From an uncultured Pseudomonadota bacterium (lineage in GTDB: Bacteria; Oederibacteriota; Muellerivitia; Muellerivitales; Muellerivitaceae): DNA of 64,000 nucleotides. The DNA is taken from assembly GCA_963770835.1 (NCBI GenBank), contig CAVYRH010000019.1, positions 160,001 through 224,000 of the forward strand. Direction: 5' to 3'. How positions within the stretch are numbered: the stretch's first letter is position 1; each line of letters starts with the position of its first letter. The notes beneath the pieces were generated by a model, which made no database searches, had not been told where the DNA came from, and saw nothing but the letters and a program-made list of their open reading frames with translations. Positions 21,429 through 31,546 of this stretch are shown piece after piece. A program made the translations under genes and the position numbers.

Positions 21429-22556
21429 ATGCTTTTTTTTAGGGCGGATTGCCGCCACTTTACCGGCGAGAAACCCTGCGCGCCCCACAAGGAGGAGGGG
21501 GTGATTTGCCGGGATTGCCCCCGCTATGACCCGGTTCAGGAGCGAATTCTCATCGTCAAGCTGGACGCCGCCGGGGACGTATTGCGCTCCACCTCCATCC
21601 TTCCCGCCTTTAAAAAAGCTGTTCCCGGGCTTTCCATTTGGTGGGTTACGGAAAATTCGTCCAAACCCCTTCTGGAGAAAAACCCTAATATTGATGTTCT
21701 TCTTCCCGTGGACCCGGCCTTGCCGGGGCTTTTAGGAACCACTTCCTTCAACCGAGCCTTTAATTTCGACATGGGCCGCAAAGCGGCCGCCATCCTGGCG
21801 ATGGCGAACAGCCCCGTTAAAAAAGGCTTCGGCCTTTCCAAGGAAGGTGTCGTGGTCCCCCTGGAACCTGTCGCCGAGGAATGGTTTGAGATGGGCATCT
21901 TCGATGCCGCCAAACGGGCCAACCAAAAAACCTACCAGGAACACTTGTTTCGCATGGCCGGCCTCCAATATCAAGGTGAAACACCCCAATTAGGGCTTTC
22001 CGCCAAGGAAAAGGAATGGGCCCTCAAGGGTTTTGCCAAGAAAAACAGGCTTTCAAAGTTCAAGAAAATCGTTGGATTCAATATAGGTTCCGGTGGCCGA
22101 TGGCCCATGAAGCGCTGGCGTTTGGAGGGCTTCGAATGGCTGGCCAGCCAATTGAGGAAAAAACATCCCAAGGTCGGGGTCTTGCTTTACGGAGGCCCGG
22201 AAGAGCGGGAACTCATGCCGGCCTTGGTGAAAAAGCTAAAGGGCCTTTGCCTGGCGACAGGCACGGAAAACACCTTGCGGCAATTCTCCTCCTTAGTGGA
22301 CTTGTGCGACGTCATGGTGACCGGCGACACCCTGGCCCTTCACGTGGCAGTAGCCCTGGAAAAACGGGTGGTGGCTTATTTTGGGCCCACCTCGGATGTC
22401 GAAATCGACCTTTACGGCCGGGGGGAAAAGGTGCTTCCTATCCTGCCGTGTCAGGACTACTACAAGGGTGAATGCAGCCAAAAGGTTTCCTGCATGGACA
22501 ATCTCAAAGAGAAGGATATGCTTTCAGCAGTGGAACGGCAGTTGAAGCAGGCTTAA
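21429..22556 (+). CDS. Glycosyltransferase family 9 (ADP-heptose:LPS heptosyltransferase-like)
   Basis: ILIVKLDAAGDVLRS, WPMKRW, VTGDTLALHVAVAL and FGPT motifs; Cys-rich N-terminus. Confidence 0.88.
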   Translation: MLFFRADCRHFTGEKPCAPHKEEGVICRDCPRYDPVQERILIVKLDAAGDVLRSTSILPAFKKAVPGLSIWWVTENSSKPLLEKNPNIDVLLPVDPALPGLLGTTSFNRAFNFDMGRKAAAILAMANSPVKKGFGLSKEGVVVPLEPVAEEWFEMGIFDAAKRANQKTYQEHLFRMAGLQYQGETPQLGLSAKEKEWALKGFAKKNRLSKFKKIVGFNIGSGGRWPMKRWRLEGFEWLASQLRKKHPKVGVLLYGGPEERELMPALVKKLKGLCLATGTENTLRQFSSLVDLCDVMVTGDTLALHVAVALEKRVVAYFGPTSDVEIDLYGRGEKVLPILPCQDYYKGECSQKVSCMDNLKEKDMLSAVERQLKQA

Positions 22557-22588
22557 TTCAGTTTAAATCTCCGAAAGCGCCCTTTCCA

Positions 22589-23317
22589 ATGAAGCCACTC
22601 AAAACCGTCATCATGGTTCCCACCTACAATGAAAAGGCTAATATCGCCGAGTTGGTGAAACTTCTTCACAAAAGCGTTCCCCAAGCCCAGGTTTTGGTAG
22701 TAGATGATTCCTCCCCCGACGGCACTTTCGAGGAAGTCAAAAAACTCATGAAGAAGGACAAGAAACTTCACCTCTTGTTGCGGGACCGGTCCATCAAGGG
22801 CCGGGGCTGGGCCGGTCGGGACGGTTTCGTGAAGACCCTTCAAATGGGCGCCGAAGCAGTGGTGGAAATGGACGCCGACTTGTCCCACCAGCCTAAGTTT
22901 ATCCCTTCCCTTTTGGCGCCCCTGGCCTCTAGGCAAGCGGATGTGGTCATCGGCAGCCGCTATATTCCCGGCGGAAAGGACATGGACCGCCCCTTTCACC
23001 GCAAATGGACCAGCAATTTCGCGCGCTATTATTTGAAGTTCGTCCTGGGGCTCAAGGCAAAGGATCCAACTTCGGGGTTCCGGGTTTATTCGAAAAAAGC
23101 CTTGGAAAAAATAAAGGTAGGAACCCTTACCGCGCGGGATCCCTTCACGGTTTCCGAAATTCTTTACCGTTGTTACAAGGCGGGTTTGCGGGTTAAGGAA
23201 TCCCCCATCGAGTTTATCGACCGGACCCGGGGCGAGTCCAAACTGGGCTTGGCCACGCTTTTAAAATACCTGGGTCGGGCCCTTTTGTTGCGGGTGGGCC
23301 CTGATCCTTTGGCGTGA
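22589..23317 (+). CDS. Polyprenol-monophosphate sugar synthase (GT2, DPM1-like)
   Basis: VPTYNEKANI, VDDSSPDGT, EMDADLSHQP, VIGSRY, DPTSGFR and FIDRTRGESKL motifs. Confidence 0.9.
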   Translation: MKPLKTVIMVPTYNEKANIAELVKLLHKSVPQAQVLVVDDSSPDGTFEEVKKLMKKDKKLHLLLRDRSIKGRGWAGRDGFVKTLQMGAEAVVEMDADLSHQPKFIPSLLAPLASRQADVVIGSRYIPGGKDMDRPFHRKWTSNFARYYLKFVLGLKAKDPTSGFRVYSKKALEKIKVGTLTARDPFTVSEILYRCYKAGLRVKESPIEFIDRTRGESKLGLATLLKYLGRALLLRVGPDPLA

Positions 23318-23359
23318 TGAAGCCACCTCCAAAACCAATTCTTATAACGAAGGGTTTTC

Positions 23360-24166
23360 TTGCCTAAAACCATTGCCGTCCTACCCGTTTACAATGAGGA
23401 AAAAACCTTGGGAAACATACTTCCGCGAGTCGCCAGCTGCGTGGATTATTTGGTTTGCGTTAACGACGGTTCCCGGGACAAAAGCCTGGTTCTTCTGGAG
23501 AAATTCGCGAGGAAACGGAAGTACACTTACATCGTCGATCTTCCGGTGAACAATGGAATGGCGGGGGCCTTAAAACAAGGGTTTCTCTTCGTCCTCTACC
23601 TTGCCAAAAAAAAACGGGTCGGGGCGGAAGACATCATCGTAACCATTGATGCCGATGGGCAGCATAAACCCGAGTACATCCCTGCGCTCGTCCGTTATTT
23701 GGGGGATCGGAAAGTCGACGTGGTCCTTACCCGGCGTGACTTTTCCGTCTATCCGCTCTATAAAATATGGGGAAACCGGTTTTTGACCTGGACCAACTCC
23801 ATTCTTTCCGGGCAAAAATACAGGGATGTGGAGTCCGGATTGCGGTTGCTCAAGGTCAAGACCCTGGAACCCATTTTGAGGTATTACCAGGGCGTGAGCT
23901 ATTCCTGCGCCCAGGAGATCGCCCTGATTTCCACCAGGTCCGGCTTTAAAATCGACAACGAATTCAAGGTTAAAGTGCCCCTTTACCGGGCGGGAACCAC
24001 CGTTTGGGACGGCTTTGTTGTCTTAGGCTTAAGCTTGTTTGTTTTTGCGCGGTGGCTTCTCCGGATTTCTTCCCCGGTGTCTTGGGATGCTTCCCTCATG
24101 CGGAATTCCCTCCTGCGATCGCAAACCCTATGGAGTCGGCCGCGGCAACGGTCAAGGAAATACTAA
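23360..24166 (+). CDS. GT2 glycosyltransferase (DPM/DPG-synthase-like)
   Basis: LPVYNEE, VNDGSRD, TIDADGQH and DVESGLR motifs; hydrophobic C-terminal segment. Confidence 0.85.
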   Translation: MPKTIAVLPVYNEEKTLGNILPRVASCVDYLVCVNDGSRDKSLVLLEKFARKRKYTYIVDLPVNNGMAGALKQGFLFVLYLAKKKRVGAEDIIVTIDADGQHKPEYIPALVRYLGDRKVDVVLTRRDFSVYPLYKIWGNRFLTWTNSILSGQKYRDVESGLRLLKVKTLEPILRYYQGVSYSCAQEIALISTRSGFKIDNEFKVKVPLYRAGTTVWDGFVVLGLSLFVFARWLLRISSPVSWDASLMRNSLLRSQTLWSRPRQRSRKY

Positions 24167-24171
24167 ACCGG

Positions 24172-25305
24172 TTAGTCTTTTTTCACTTCCGCGAGGACTT
24201 TCTCGATAACGGTGGCTTGGTGTTCTTCCATGCCTATCCAAAGGGGGAGTCGCACGATCCGGGCGCTCATTTCAACCGTCACATTGAGTGGCCCGTTCGT
24301 CTTCCCATATTTTTGACCGGCGGGGGAACTGTGGAGCGGGACGTAATGGAATACGGCGTTGACGTTTCCTTGGTTCAGGGCGGCAAGGAAGGATTTCCGT
24401 TTTTTGGGGGTGGGTAGGAGCAAATAGTACATGTGGGCGTTATTCCGGCATTCCTTCGGGATAATTGGCCGCCGCAAAAGTCCCTGGGCCTCGGCCCCTT
24501 CGAAAGCCCGGTGGTAAGTTTCCCAAAGGTCCATGCGCATCTTCATGATCGAATCAAAACCCTCGAATTGGGCCCAAAGAAAGGCCGCCACCAGTTCGCT
24601 GGGCAGGTAGGAAGAGCCGATATCCACCCAGCTGTATTTATCCACTTTCCCTTTTTGGAATTTGATCCGGTTTGTCCCCTTCTCCCGGATAATTTCGGCC
24701 CTCTCGGTAAACCCTTCTTCGTTCACCAGGAGGGCCCCGCCCTCGCCGGAAATAATGTTTTTAGTTTCATGGAAACTCAAGGCCCCCAAATGTCCCAGGC
24801 TCCCCAATGGTTTGCCTTTGTATTGGGCCCCGATTCCCTGGGCCGCATCCTCAATCACCCAAAGGTTGTGGCGGCGGGCAATGTCCAGGATCGTATCCAT
24901 CTCGCATCCCACACCCGCGTAATGGACCACCGCGACGGCCTTGGTTTTCGGTGTAATGGCGGCCTCGACCTTGGCCTCGTCAAGGTTGAGGGTGTCTGGG
25001 CGGATGTCTACGAAAACCGGAACCGCCCCCCGGAGTACAAAGGCGTTGGCCGTTGAAACGAAGGTATAGGAGGGCATGATGACTTCATCCCCCGGTTTCA
25101 AATCCAGGAGGAGGGCCGACATTTCCAGGGCCGCCGTGCAGGAATGCGTGAGCAGGGCCTTGCGGCAACCCGTGTTTTTTTCCAGCCAGCCATGACATTT
25201 TTGGGTGAAGACTCCGTCGCCCGAAAGTTGACCCAGGCGGCGGGCCTCCTCAATATTTCCCAATTCTTTGCCCGTGAAATAAGGTTTGTTGAAGGGTATG
25301 TGCAT
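24172..25305 (-). CDS. rffA: dTDP-4-amino-4,6-dideoxyhexose transaminase (DegT/DnrJ family)
   Basis: IPFNKPY, SCTAALEM, PSYTFVSTANAFVLRG, EDAAQG, SFHETKNI and GSSYLPSE motifs. Confidence 0.93.
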   Translation of the reverse strand: MHIPFNKPYFTGKELGNIEEARRLGQLSGDGVFTQKCHGWLEKNTGCRKALLTHSCTAALEMSALLLDLKPGDEVIMPSYTFVSTANAFVLRGAVPVFVDIRPDTLNLDEAKVEAAITPKTKAVAVVHYAGVGCEMDTILDIARRHNLWVIEDAAQGIGAQYKGKPLGSLGHLGALSFHETKNIISGEGGALLVNEEGFTERAEIIREKGTNRIKFQKGKVDKYSWVDIGSSYLPSELVAAFLWAQFEGFDSIMKMRMDLWETYHRAFEGAEAQGLLRRPIIPKECRNNAHMYYLLLPTPKKRKSFLAALNQGNVNAVFHYVPLHSSPAGQKYGKTNGPLNVTVEMSARIVRLPLWIGMEEHQATVIEKVLAEVKKD

Positions 25306-25416
25306 CTTAGGCCTTTTGGGTAGCGACAAAAAGGAAGTTACCCGCCGGAAAGCGGCTTTCTCGTCGAGCTAAAGGTAATGTACCGGCGTTTTTCCAAAAT
25401 TCAGATGAAGTGAAAC

Positions 25417-25782
25417 TCACCCCTGGCTCCCCAAGACGATTCCGGCAATGATGAACCCCAAGCCCGCGGCCTTGGGCCAAGTAAGGGGTTCGTGCAGAAG
25501 CCAGGAACTTAAAAAAAGAACGGCGATAAACGAAAAACTGGTCCATGGATAAGCGCGGCTCAAAGGCAGCTTGGTCATGGCCGCCATCCAACAAAGGGAC
25601 GCCAAAAAGCCAGCCCCCAGGCAGCTCAAAACCCAAGGATTGGACAAAAGCTTCATGAAGAAAAAAAGCTTTCCATAACCTTCCGCTGGAATGGATCCGG
25701 CCTTCAGGACCTGGATTTTCATCATCAACTGGCCGTAAACGGTCAGGCCGACGGTGAGAACGACGAATAACCAACTCAACAT
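25417..25782 (-). CDS. SMR/EamA-type small 4-TM protein (ArnE/ArnF-like lipid-linked sugar flippase candidate)
   Basis: TVYGQLMMK, WMAAMTKLPLSRAYP and LLHEPLT motifs. Confidence 0.8.
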   Translation of the reverse strand: MLSWLFVVLTVGLTVYGQLMMKIQVLKAGSIPAEGYGKLFFFMKLLSNPWVLSCLGAGFLASLCWMAAMTKLPLSRAYPWTSFSFIAVLFLSSWLLHEPLTWPKAAGLGFIIAGIVLGSQG

Positions 25783-26648
25783 GGCATCTCCTTTCGGGCC
25801 ACTAAAAGCAAGGAACCTCCCCATGGGAAACGAAGCCCCAACCTTATCAGGGCCCTTTCGAAAGACAAGATTTTCTCAAATATAAAATTTAACATGGGAT
25901 TCAATTGAAGCTCTCTTTTCGGATCGTAATTTTCCTTTTTTTCTCTGAGCCGTGACAGGACCATCAGGGGCAGCAGAAAAGAAACGAACGAAATCGAATC
26001 CAGAACCCGGAACCCCGCCCGTTCCACTTTTTGCTTTAATTCCTTCGCGGTGTATCGCCGAACGTGCAGTGAAAATTCATCCCCGTAACTCCATAAGAAG
26101 GGGTGCTGAGGGACAGTCAACAAAATACCGCCTCCGGAGACGACGACCCCGTACATTTGAGCCAGAACTCTTTCATCCTCAACAATGTGCTCCACAACAT
26201 CAAAAGCCCCGGCGGCATCGAATTCCTCTTGAAAAGGAAGGGATTTGGCGTCCATTTGGTAAAGATCCGCTTTCTCAAGCCTTTTGCGGGTAAAGGAAAG
26301 CCCTTGGACGTGCAGTTCACTGCCGGTCAAACGGATTCCGGGAAGGCCCTGCTCAAAAGCCCTGAGGACAAACCCATTGCCGCATCCGATTTCGAAAAAA
26401 CTGGCGGCTTTCGGGAAATATTTTCGGAAAGCCCACAAAATAATGTGGTTTCGGGACCGAAACCAAAAATTCCTCCCTTCCAAATGGATCAGGCGCTCGA
26501 ACGAGTCCGCCGGAACGCCCTCATCGGCTTGGGAAGTTTCCGGCGCAAAACAAATAAACCCCTCCGCTTTAACAGGTTCATGGCCGCAACTGGGACATGT
26601 CCATTGGTCCGATACGAAAGGGCGGTCGCAGTCAAGGCAGCGTTTCAT
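25776..26648 (-). CDS. Class I SAM-dependent methyltransferase with N-terminal CxxC..CxxC
   Basis: FWFRSRN, EIGCGNG, FDVVEHI and TVPQHPFLWS..HVRRY motifs. Confidence 0.9.
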   Translation of the reverse strand: MKRCLDCDRPFVSDQWTCPSCGHEPVKAEGFICFAPETSQADEGVPADSFERLIHLEGRNFWFRSRNHIILWAFRKYFPKAASFFEIGCGNGFVLRAFEQGLPGIRLTGSELHVQGLSFTRKRLEKADLYQMDAKSLPFQEEFDAAGAFDVVEHIVEDERVLAQMYGVVVSGGGILLTVPQHPFLWSYGDEFSLHVRRYTAKELKQKVERAGFRVLDSISFVSFLLPLMVLSRLREKKENYDPKRELQLNPMLNFIFEKILSFERALIRLGLRFPWGGSLLLVARKEMPC

Positions 26649-26736
26649 TTCTGGGCGCTGGCAACAATGCTGGGATCGGCGGAAACGAAGGGAAGCGTTC
26701 TAGCTTCCCTGGATTGTGCCTGAGGGAAAACCCGGC

Positions 26737-27714
26737 TCATGATTGCCTCTCTTTTCTTTCCTTCCACATCCCCAACTCCGCCGTTTGGAGCACCCCATTT
26801 TCGATTTGTTGGTCGAAAACATAGAGGGGACGCTGTTTGACCTGTTCGAAAATTTTACCAATATAAAGTCCTGTGATCCCCGTACTGGCGATGATGAAAC
26901 CGCCCAATAACAAGAAAAGGACGGCCAAGCTCGTCCAACCGGGCGTAACCGACCGGGTGAAATAAACAAAAAGAATATAAAAAGCCGCGACCAACCCGAT
27001 GGCAGAAAGACCCAAACCCAAATAAACAATCCACCTTAACAGGATAGTAGTTTGGAAAAACAAACCGTTGAAGGCGTGGGCGATGAGGGTCCGCAGGCGG
27101 TAGGAACTTTTCCCCTTGAACCTTTCGGCATGTTCGTATTCCACGATGGTCGTCTTAAATCCAAGCCACCGGAGGATGAACAAATAATGACGGTCCTTAT
27201 CCCTCATGCGCAAGTAACTGTTCACCACCTTGCGGCTGATGAGGCTGAAACTTCCCACGCGCCCGTCGATGGTTTCGTTATTGAAAAAACTCATGATTTT
27301 GAAATAAAAAAATCCGGCCAATTTCCTGACCAGGGAATGTTTCTTCCGGATTCGCTTGGTTAATACGATGTCAAACCCTTCCTTGGATTTCCCGTAAAGG
27401 CGGCGGATGACCTCGGGGGGGTCCTGGAGGTCGCAATCCATGACCACCGCACGAAGCGCTGAGCTTTTGGACAACCCCGCCGTGATGGCCGCGTGCTGGC
27501 CGAAGTTCCGGCTCAATCGGTATGCCTTGATCTTCCGGTCGCGGCGGGCCATTTCTTTCAGGAGCGCCCAGGATCCTTCGGAATCCCCGTCATCCACGAA
27601 AATGATTTCGTATTTCCCCTTAATGAATCGCAACTCTTTTTTCAGGCGCTGCTGAAGTTCCCGGAGGCAACCTGTGCATCGATAGACGGGAATGATAATT
27701 CCTAGTTCAATCAT
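26737..27714 (-). CDS. GT2, ArnC/GtrB-like undecaprenyl-phosphate glycosyltransferase
   Basis: IFVDDG, LSRNFGQHAA and MDCDLQDPPE motifs; two C-terminal TMs; GLYIGKIFEQVKQRPLY. Confidence 0.9.
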   Translation of the reverse strand: MIELGIIIPVYRCTGCLRELQQRLKKELRFIKGKYEIIFVDDGDSEGSWALLKEMARRDRKIKAYRLSRNFGQHAAITAGLSKSSALRAVVMDCDLQDPPEVIRRLYGKSKEGFDIVLTKRIRKKHSLVRKLAGFFYFKIMSFFNNETIDGRVGSFSLISRKVVNSYLRMRDKDRHYLFILRWLGFKTTIVEYEHAERFKGKSSYRLRTLIAHAFNGLFFQTTILLRWIVYLGLGLSAIGLVAAFYILFVYFTRSVTPGWTSLAVLFLLLGGFIIASTGITGLYIGKIFEQVKQRPLYVFDQQIENGVLQTAELGMWKERKERQS

Positions 27715-27745
27715 TCGATAGAATACCCATTTCCAAAATTTTAAA

Positions 27746-28570
27746 TTAACCCTGCGCCCTTCGGTAAAGCCTTTGGTCCTCGGGACGGTAATACTCATCA
27801 AGGCTTGCTGGTATGCGGGTGTACCAACCCAATAACTGTTGGGTTCGAGGCTTTTGGGCCAAAAGCACTTCGTCTCCCAGCGCCCGGACATAGTCGATCT
27901 GTTGCTTCATGTAAGAACGGATGAATTCATGATTGATGCCGAGGCGGTTTTCCCCCGAATGGTTTTCCCCGGCCGCGTGATAAAGGGTGGAGTCGAACAA
28001 GAACATCGAACCGGCCTCGCACTCCACCGAAACCGCGTGGGATTTCAGGTATTCGTCGCTGGGGCGTTCCGGCTTTTGATGCGTACCCGGCACCAATAAG
28101 GTGCCGCCGTTTCCCTTGGTGAAACGGCTAACGGCAAAAAAAATATTGAAAGCTGCGAGATAACCGTTTAAATATCTGGGAAAATCCATATGAAAAAGGT
28201 TTTGAAAAACGGGTGGCGCCTGCCCTTTGGGGAAGGAAGGGAGGATGGAACCCTGTTGCACCTGCAATATGGCGGTGGGCGAAAGGGCGGCATCCACCAA
28301 TTCCAGGACTTCCGGAATTTCCAGGTATTTCAGGAAAAAATGGTCAAATTTGGGCATGATCCTTAAAACACCCAGCTCCCCAGCCTGGTCTAAGCGGTCT
28401 TTTCCCAATACTCCCCATATTTTTTTTTGAACGCCATACATCTTCTCTTCGGTGACGCTCAGGAAATCAGGGTCAAGCACGCCTTCAATAACGGCGCATC
28501 CATCCTTTTGAAGGGCCAGAAGGGATTTGGAAAGCCAGTCCGTGTCTTTTTTAGCGTGAACGGTAAACAT
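27746..28570 (-). CDS. Phytanoyl-CoA dioxygenase (PhyH)-family Fe(II)/2-oxoglutarate oxygenase
   Basis: HxD (FHMDF), [11 protein letters not shown] and [16 protein letters not shown] motifs. Confidence 0.88.
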   Translation of the reverse strand: MFTVHAKKDTDWLSKSLLALQKDGCAVIEGVLDPDFLSVTEEKMYGVQKKIWGVLGKDRLDQAGELGVLRIMPKFDHFFLKYLEIPEVLELVDAALSPTAILQVQQGSILPSFPKGQAPPVFQNLFHMDFPRYLNGYLAAFNIFFAVSRFTKGNGGTLLVPGTHQKPERPSDEYLKSHAVSVECEAGSMFLFDSTLYHAAGENHSGENRLGINHEFIRSYMKQQIDYVRALGDEVLLAQKPRTQQLLGWYTRIPASLDEYYRPEDQRLYRRAQG

Positions 28571-28584
28571 TCTTCGCCAGCCTT

Positions 28585-29490
28585 TTAAGATTTTTCCATC
28601 ACGGCCAAGCCAAAACCTGTTTTCCCATAGTCATTGCCATTGTAAAGCATGTATCTTTCGCCGTTAACATCAAATAAATAGGCGTATTCGATCATTTCCG
28701 AGTCCCATCCCGATTCGGACACGCTGATGCCGACCTTTTCATCCAGTCGTTCCCAATGGAGGCCGTCGTTGGATTCGGCATAGCCCAGGCGGTAATTTTC
28801 TCCACGGTAGGAGTACCACATTTTATAGAGGCCTTTTTCTTCGAGGACGAAAGGCTTAGACAAGGCATATTCCCCATCGGGTTTCAAAGAAACCGCCACA
28901 TGCCCTTTTCGATCCCAATGGATCCCATCGGGGGATTCGGCGTATTTAATGACATGGGCCATGTCCCGGGACACCGGGCCCCAACTCAAATTGGAACCGT
29001 ACCACATCCGCCAGAGGCCGTTTTCGACGAGCACGCAAGGGTAGGAAATGGAATAGGGGTCAACGTCGCTCCGGTCCAGCAAAGGGGCCTTGGAATATTT
29101 GACGAAAGAGCCTTCCGGGGAATCCGCCACCGCCAATCCGATGCTGTTGCGCCATGGGACGGTGACCCCTAGGTTCCACCCCAAGTAGTAAAGGAACTTC
29201 CTGCCGTTGACCGAGGCCAGCCACCCCATGACCACACCGCTGTCGTCGTAGAGCCCGGCTTTCCCCGGTGACAGGATCGGCTGGTCGGAAATTCGAAGTA
29301 TCTTGAAGGGGTCGCGCATGTCCATTTCCAGCCAGCTGATGCTGGAACGGTTTTGGGGGTCGCGGCTGGTGAAATAGACCCTGAAAGCCGAACCTCCGAG
29401 GGGTTCGGCCACAGGATTGGCAGCATGGGTTTTCATCCACTCAAAGTTGTTTTCAGGGCAAAAAACAACGCCTAATTTTTTCCATTTCAT
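28585..29490 (-). CDS. Glycoside-hydrolase-like five-bladed beta-propeller protein, no signal peptide
   Basis: [15 protein letters not shown], repeated YAESxDGxxW units and [15 protein letters not shown]. Confidence 0.65.
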   Translation of the reverse strand: MKWKKLGVVFCPENNFEWMKTHAANPVAEPLGGSAFRVYFTSRDPQNRSSISWLEMDMRDPFKILRISDQPILSPGKAGLYDDSGVVMGWLASVNGRKFLYYLGWNLGVTVPWRNSIGLAVADSPEGSFVKYSKAPLLDRSDVDPYSISYPCVLVENGLWRMWYGSNLSWGPVSRDMAHVIKYAESPDGIHWDRKGHVAVSLKPDGEYALSKPFVLEEKGLYKMWYSYRGENYRLGYAESNDGLHWERLDEKVGISVSESGWDSEMIEYAYLFDVNGERYMLYNGNDYGKTGFGLAVMEKS

Positions 29491-29498
29491 AGGGTCCC

Positions 29499-30173
29499 TT
29501 AAAGTTTTTTCAGGCGGTTGCTGGGAACCTTGGAAAGCTCGGCCGGGTTACCGATATAAACACCGAACTCCTGGGTGTCGTGCAAGATCAGAGTGGCGGC
29601 CCCGATCACGCAGTGCTTGGCGATGGTGATATGGTCTCGGAGGGTGGCATTGACGCCGATAAAGCAATTTTCCCCGATCTTGACCCCCCCGGAAACGACC
29701 ACGTGGGAAGTGATGAAACAATTGTCGCCGATCTGGGAATGGTGGCCGATATGATTGCCGCTCCAAAGGGTAACATGATGTCCGATCTTGGCGAAAGGCT
29801 GGATAGTGTTGTCTTCCAGGATAAAGCAATTTTCCCCATGCTGAAGGCCGGGCCAAACCGTGGCCTTGGAACTGACATAACTCGGTAGGTGATAACCTGC
29901 TTTCTTGGCTTCCTCGCATTTTTGGGCCCTGACCGAGTTCATTTTGGCGTAGCTGATGGCCACAAACATATCGTACTGATCCGGTGGGAACCTTGAAACG
30001 ACTTCCTCAAAGGCCACGACCGGTAGCCCGCAAAATTCTAATTCCTTCATGTATTCCCGGTCGACCGTAAAAGCGGCCACCTCTCGGGGGCTGTCGTGGG
30101 TGAAATAAAAATGGGCCACTGAAGCGATATCTCCGGTGCCGAATAGGACGATGGGTTTCTCCGGGCCCTTCAT
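29499..30173 (-). CDS. Sugar acyltransferase, NeuD/PglD-like hexapeptide repeat
   Basis: N-terminal Rossmann-like LFGTG; hexapeptide repeats IGHHSQIGDNCFI and IGENCFIGVNA; YIGNPA. Confidence 0.9.
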   Translation of the reverse strand: MKGPEKPIVLFGTGDIASVAHFYFTHDSPREVAAFTVDREYMKELEFCGLPVVAFEEVVSRFPPDQYDMFVAISYAKMNSVRAQKCEEAKKAGYHLPSYVSSKATVWPGLQHGENCFILEDNTIQPFAKIGHHVTLWSGNHIGHHSQIGDNCFITSHVVVSGGVKIGENCFIGVNATLRDHITIAKHCVIGAATLILHDTQEFGVYIGNPAELSKVPSNRLKKL

Positions 30174-30802
30174 AATTGCCTCCTCACCAAAATCGTAAAT
30201 TCATACAACCCATAATCATGGAGCAGCGCCACATTCCTCGAAAAATATTTCTTGCAATGGTCAAAAAGGAAAAGGGGGTCCGCGTAATAGAGGTCGGGCC
30301 GCATCTTTTCCCTGTCCGAATATTTCGTCAGGCAATTGAACGAAAAACCCATCCGGCTGCACCGGTTCATAATTTGCAGCATCCTCAAAATATAGCTCTT
30401 CCAATCCTTGTCGGGAGTTTTCAATTTAACGTTGAAAACTCCGCTGGCGACGACGTAGTCGGTCTTTTCAAGGGTGGGCATGCCGGTTTTAAAGCGTGCT
30501 TGAGCTTGACCCCGGCACCCTTCCCGCGCATTTCGAATCATTTCCATGGACAAGTCAAAACCGACATAACGGAAGTTTGTTTTCTTCTTCCCTTTTAAAT
30601 AATGAAACAAGGCCCCGTAACCGCACCCCAAATCCATCAAGGTAAACGCCGATCGGAGATTACAAACCTTAAGTACTTGCTCGAACCTCAAGTACTGGGA
30701 GGCTTGGGTCCTCCAATCCACCCCCAATGAAGTGGTTCCATGTTGAATCACCTTTTTTGTGTAGTATTCCCTGACCGGTGCCGTGATTTTTTGGAGATTC
30801 AA
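30170..30802 (-). CDS. Class I SAM-dependent methyltransferase
   Basis: GVDW, QYLRFEQV, DLGCGYG, DYVVASGVFN and HDYGLYEFT motifs. Confidence 0.88.
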   Translation of the reverse strand: MNLQKITAPVREYYTKKVIQHGTTSLGVDWRTQASQYLRFEQVLKVCNLRSAFTLMDLGCGYGALFHYLKGKKKTNFRYVGFDLSMEMIRNAREGCRGQAQARFKTGMPTLEKTDYVVASGVFNVKLKTPDKDWKSYILRMLQIMNRCSRMGFSFNCLTKYSDREKMRPDLYYADPLFLFDHCKKYFSRNVALLHDYGLYEFTILVRRQL

Positions 30803-30821
30803 TCTCGCTCCAGTGCATTTT

Positions 30822-31523
30822 TTAGGGATGGAAGCTTTTCATGAATTTTACCGCATCCGGGCCCTCGTTAAAAATTAAATCGAGGATGGAAACTCCGTTT
30901 TCGAAAGGGCCGCACAGTTGGGTATAGGACAGGTAGCCTGAATAATCCATGTATTGAAGTTGAACGCCGGCTTCTTGGAAAAACTTTTCCTCAATGTAAT
31001 CCTTGGCGGAGGGTCCAGAGAGGTAGTAATTAGCGCCCGCCGATTTACAAAGCGCCACCAGTCTTTCAGTTTTGCCTTCCGCCAAAGTGTAATCCATGGA
31101 CCAGGAAATCTTGGTTCCGATCCCCAGCAAGCCGCAGACAACCTTGAGGAACTTGTAATTAATGGCACTCAAGAGTTCCTCTTGTTCACACTCCTCATAT
31201 GTTTTCTCAAAAAGCTCCCGGAAAGACTCGAAGTAGCGGGCCCCGGCGTAGTTATGGGCTATGGTTTTCCAGTGTTCCCGGGGCCAGGAATGGTTTGAAA
31301 CCTTTGTATCTTTGATTTTTTGAGAAAACTTACCCTTGACCTCCACGGGGACTGTCAGCCACTTCAAGCCATCCTTGGTTTTGATAAGGTTCCGGTTTCG
31401 CCAATCCCTCTTGGTGTACTGCATGTCGTCGTAGAGGATGAACTCATCGACCATGTGAATCATGTCGAAGAACCCTTTCCATGGAATATAACAGGATTGG
31501 ATGATAGCGACTTTCTTCCCCAA
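30822..31523 (-). CDS. wbqC: WbqC-family protein (putative glycyl/aminoacyl transferase)
   Basis: IIQSCYIPWKGFFD, YDDMQYTKRDWRNRN, YLSGPSAKDY and SILDLIFNEG motifs. TTG start with AGGAG RBS. Confidence 0.9.
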   Translation of the reverse strand: MGKKVAIIQSCYIPWKGFFDMIHMVDEFILYDDMQYTKRDWRNRNLIKTKDGLKWLTVPVEVKGKFSQKIKDTKVSNHSWPREHWKTIAHNYAGARYFESFRELFEKTYEECEQEELLSAINYKFLKVVCGLLGIGTKISWSMDYTLAEGKTERLVALCKSAGANYYLSGPSAKDYIEEKFFQEAGVQLQYMDYSGYLSYTQLCGPFENGVSILDLIFNEGPDAVKFMKSFHP

Positions 31524-31546
31524 GCTCCTGCCTCTTTCCCGGCTGT

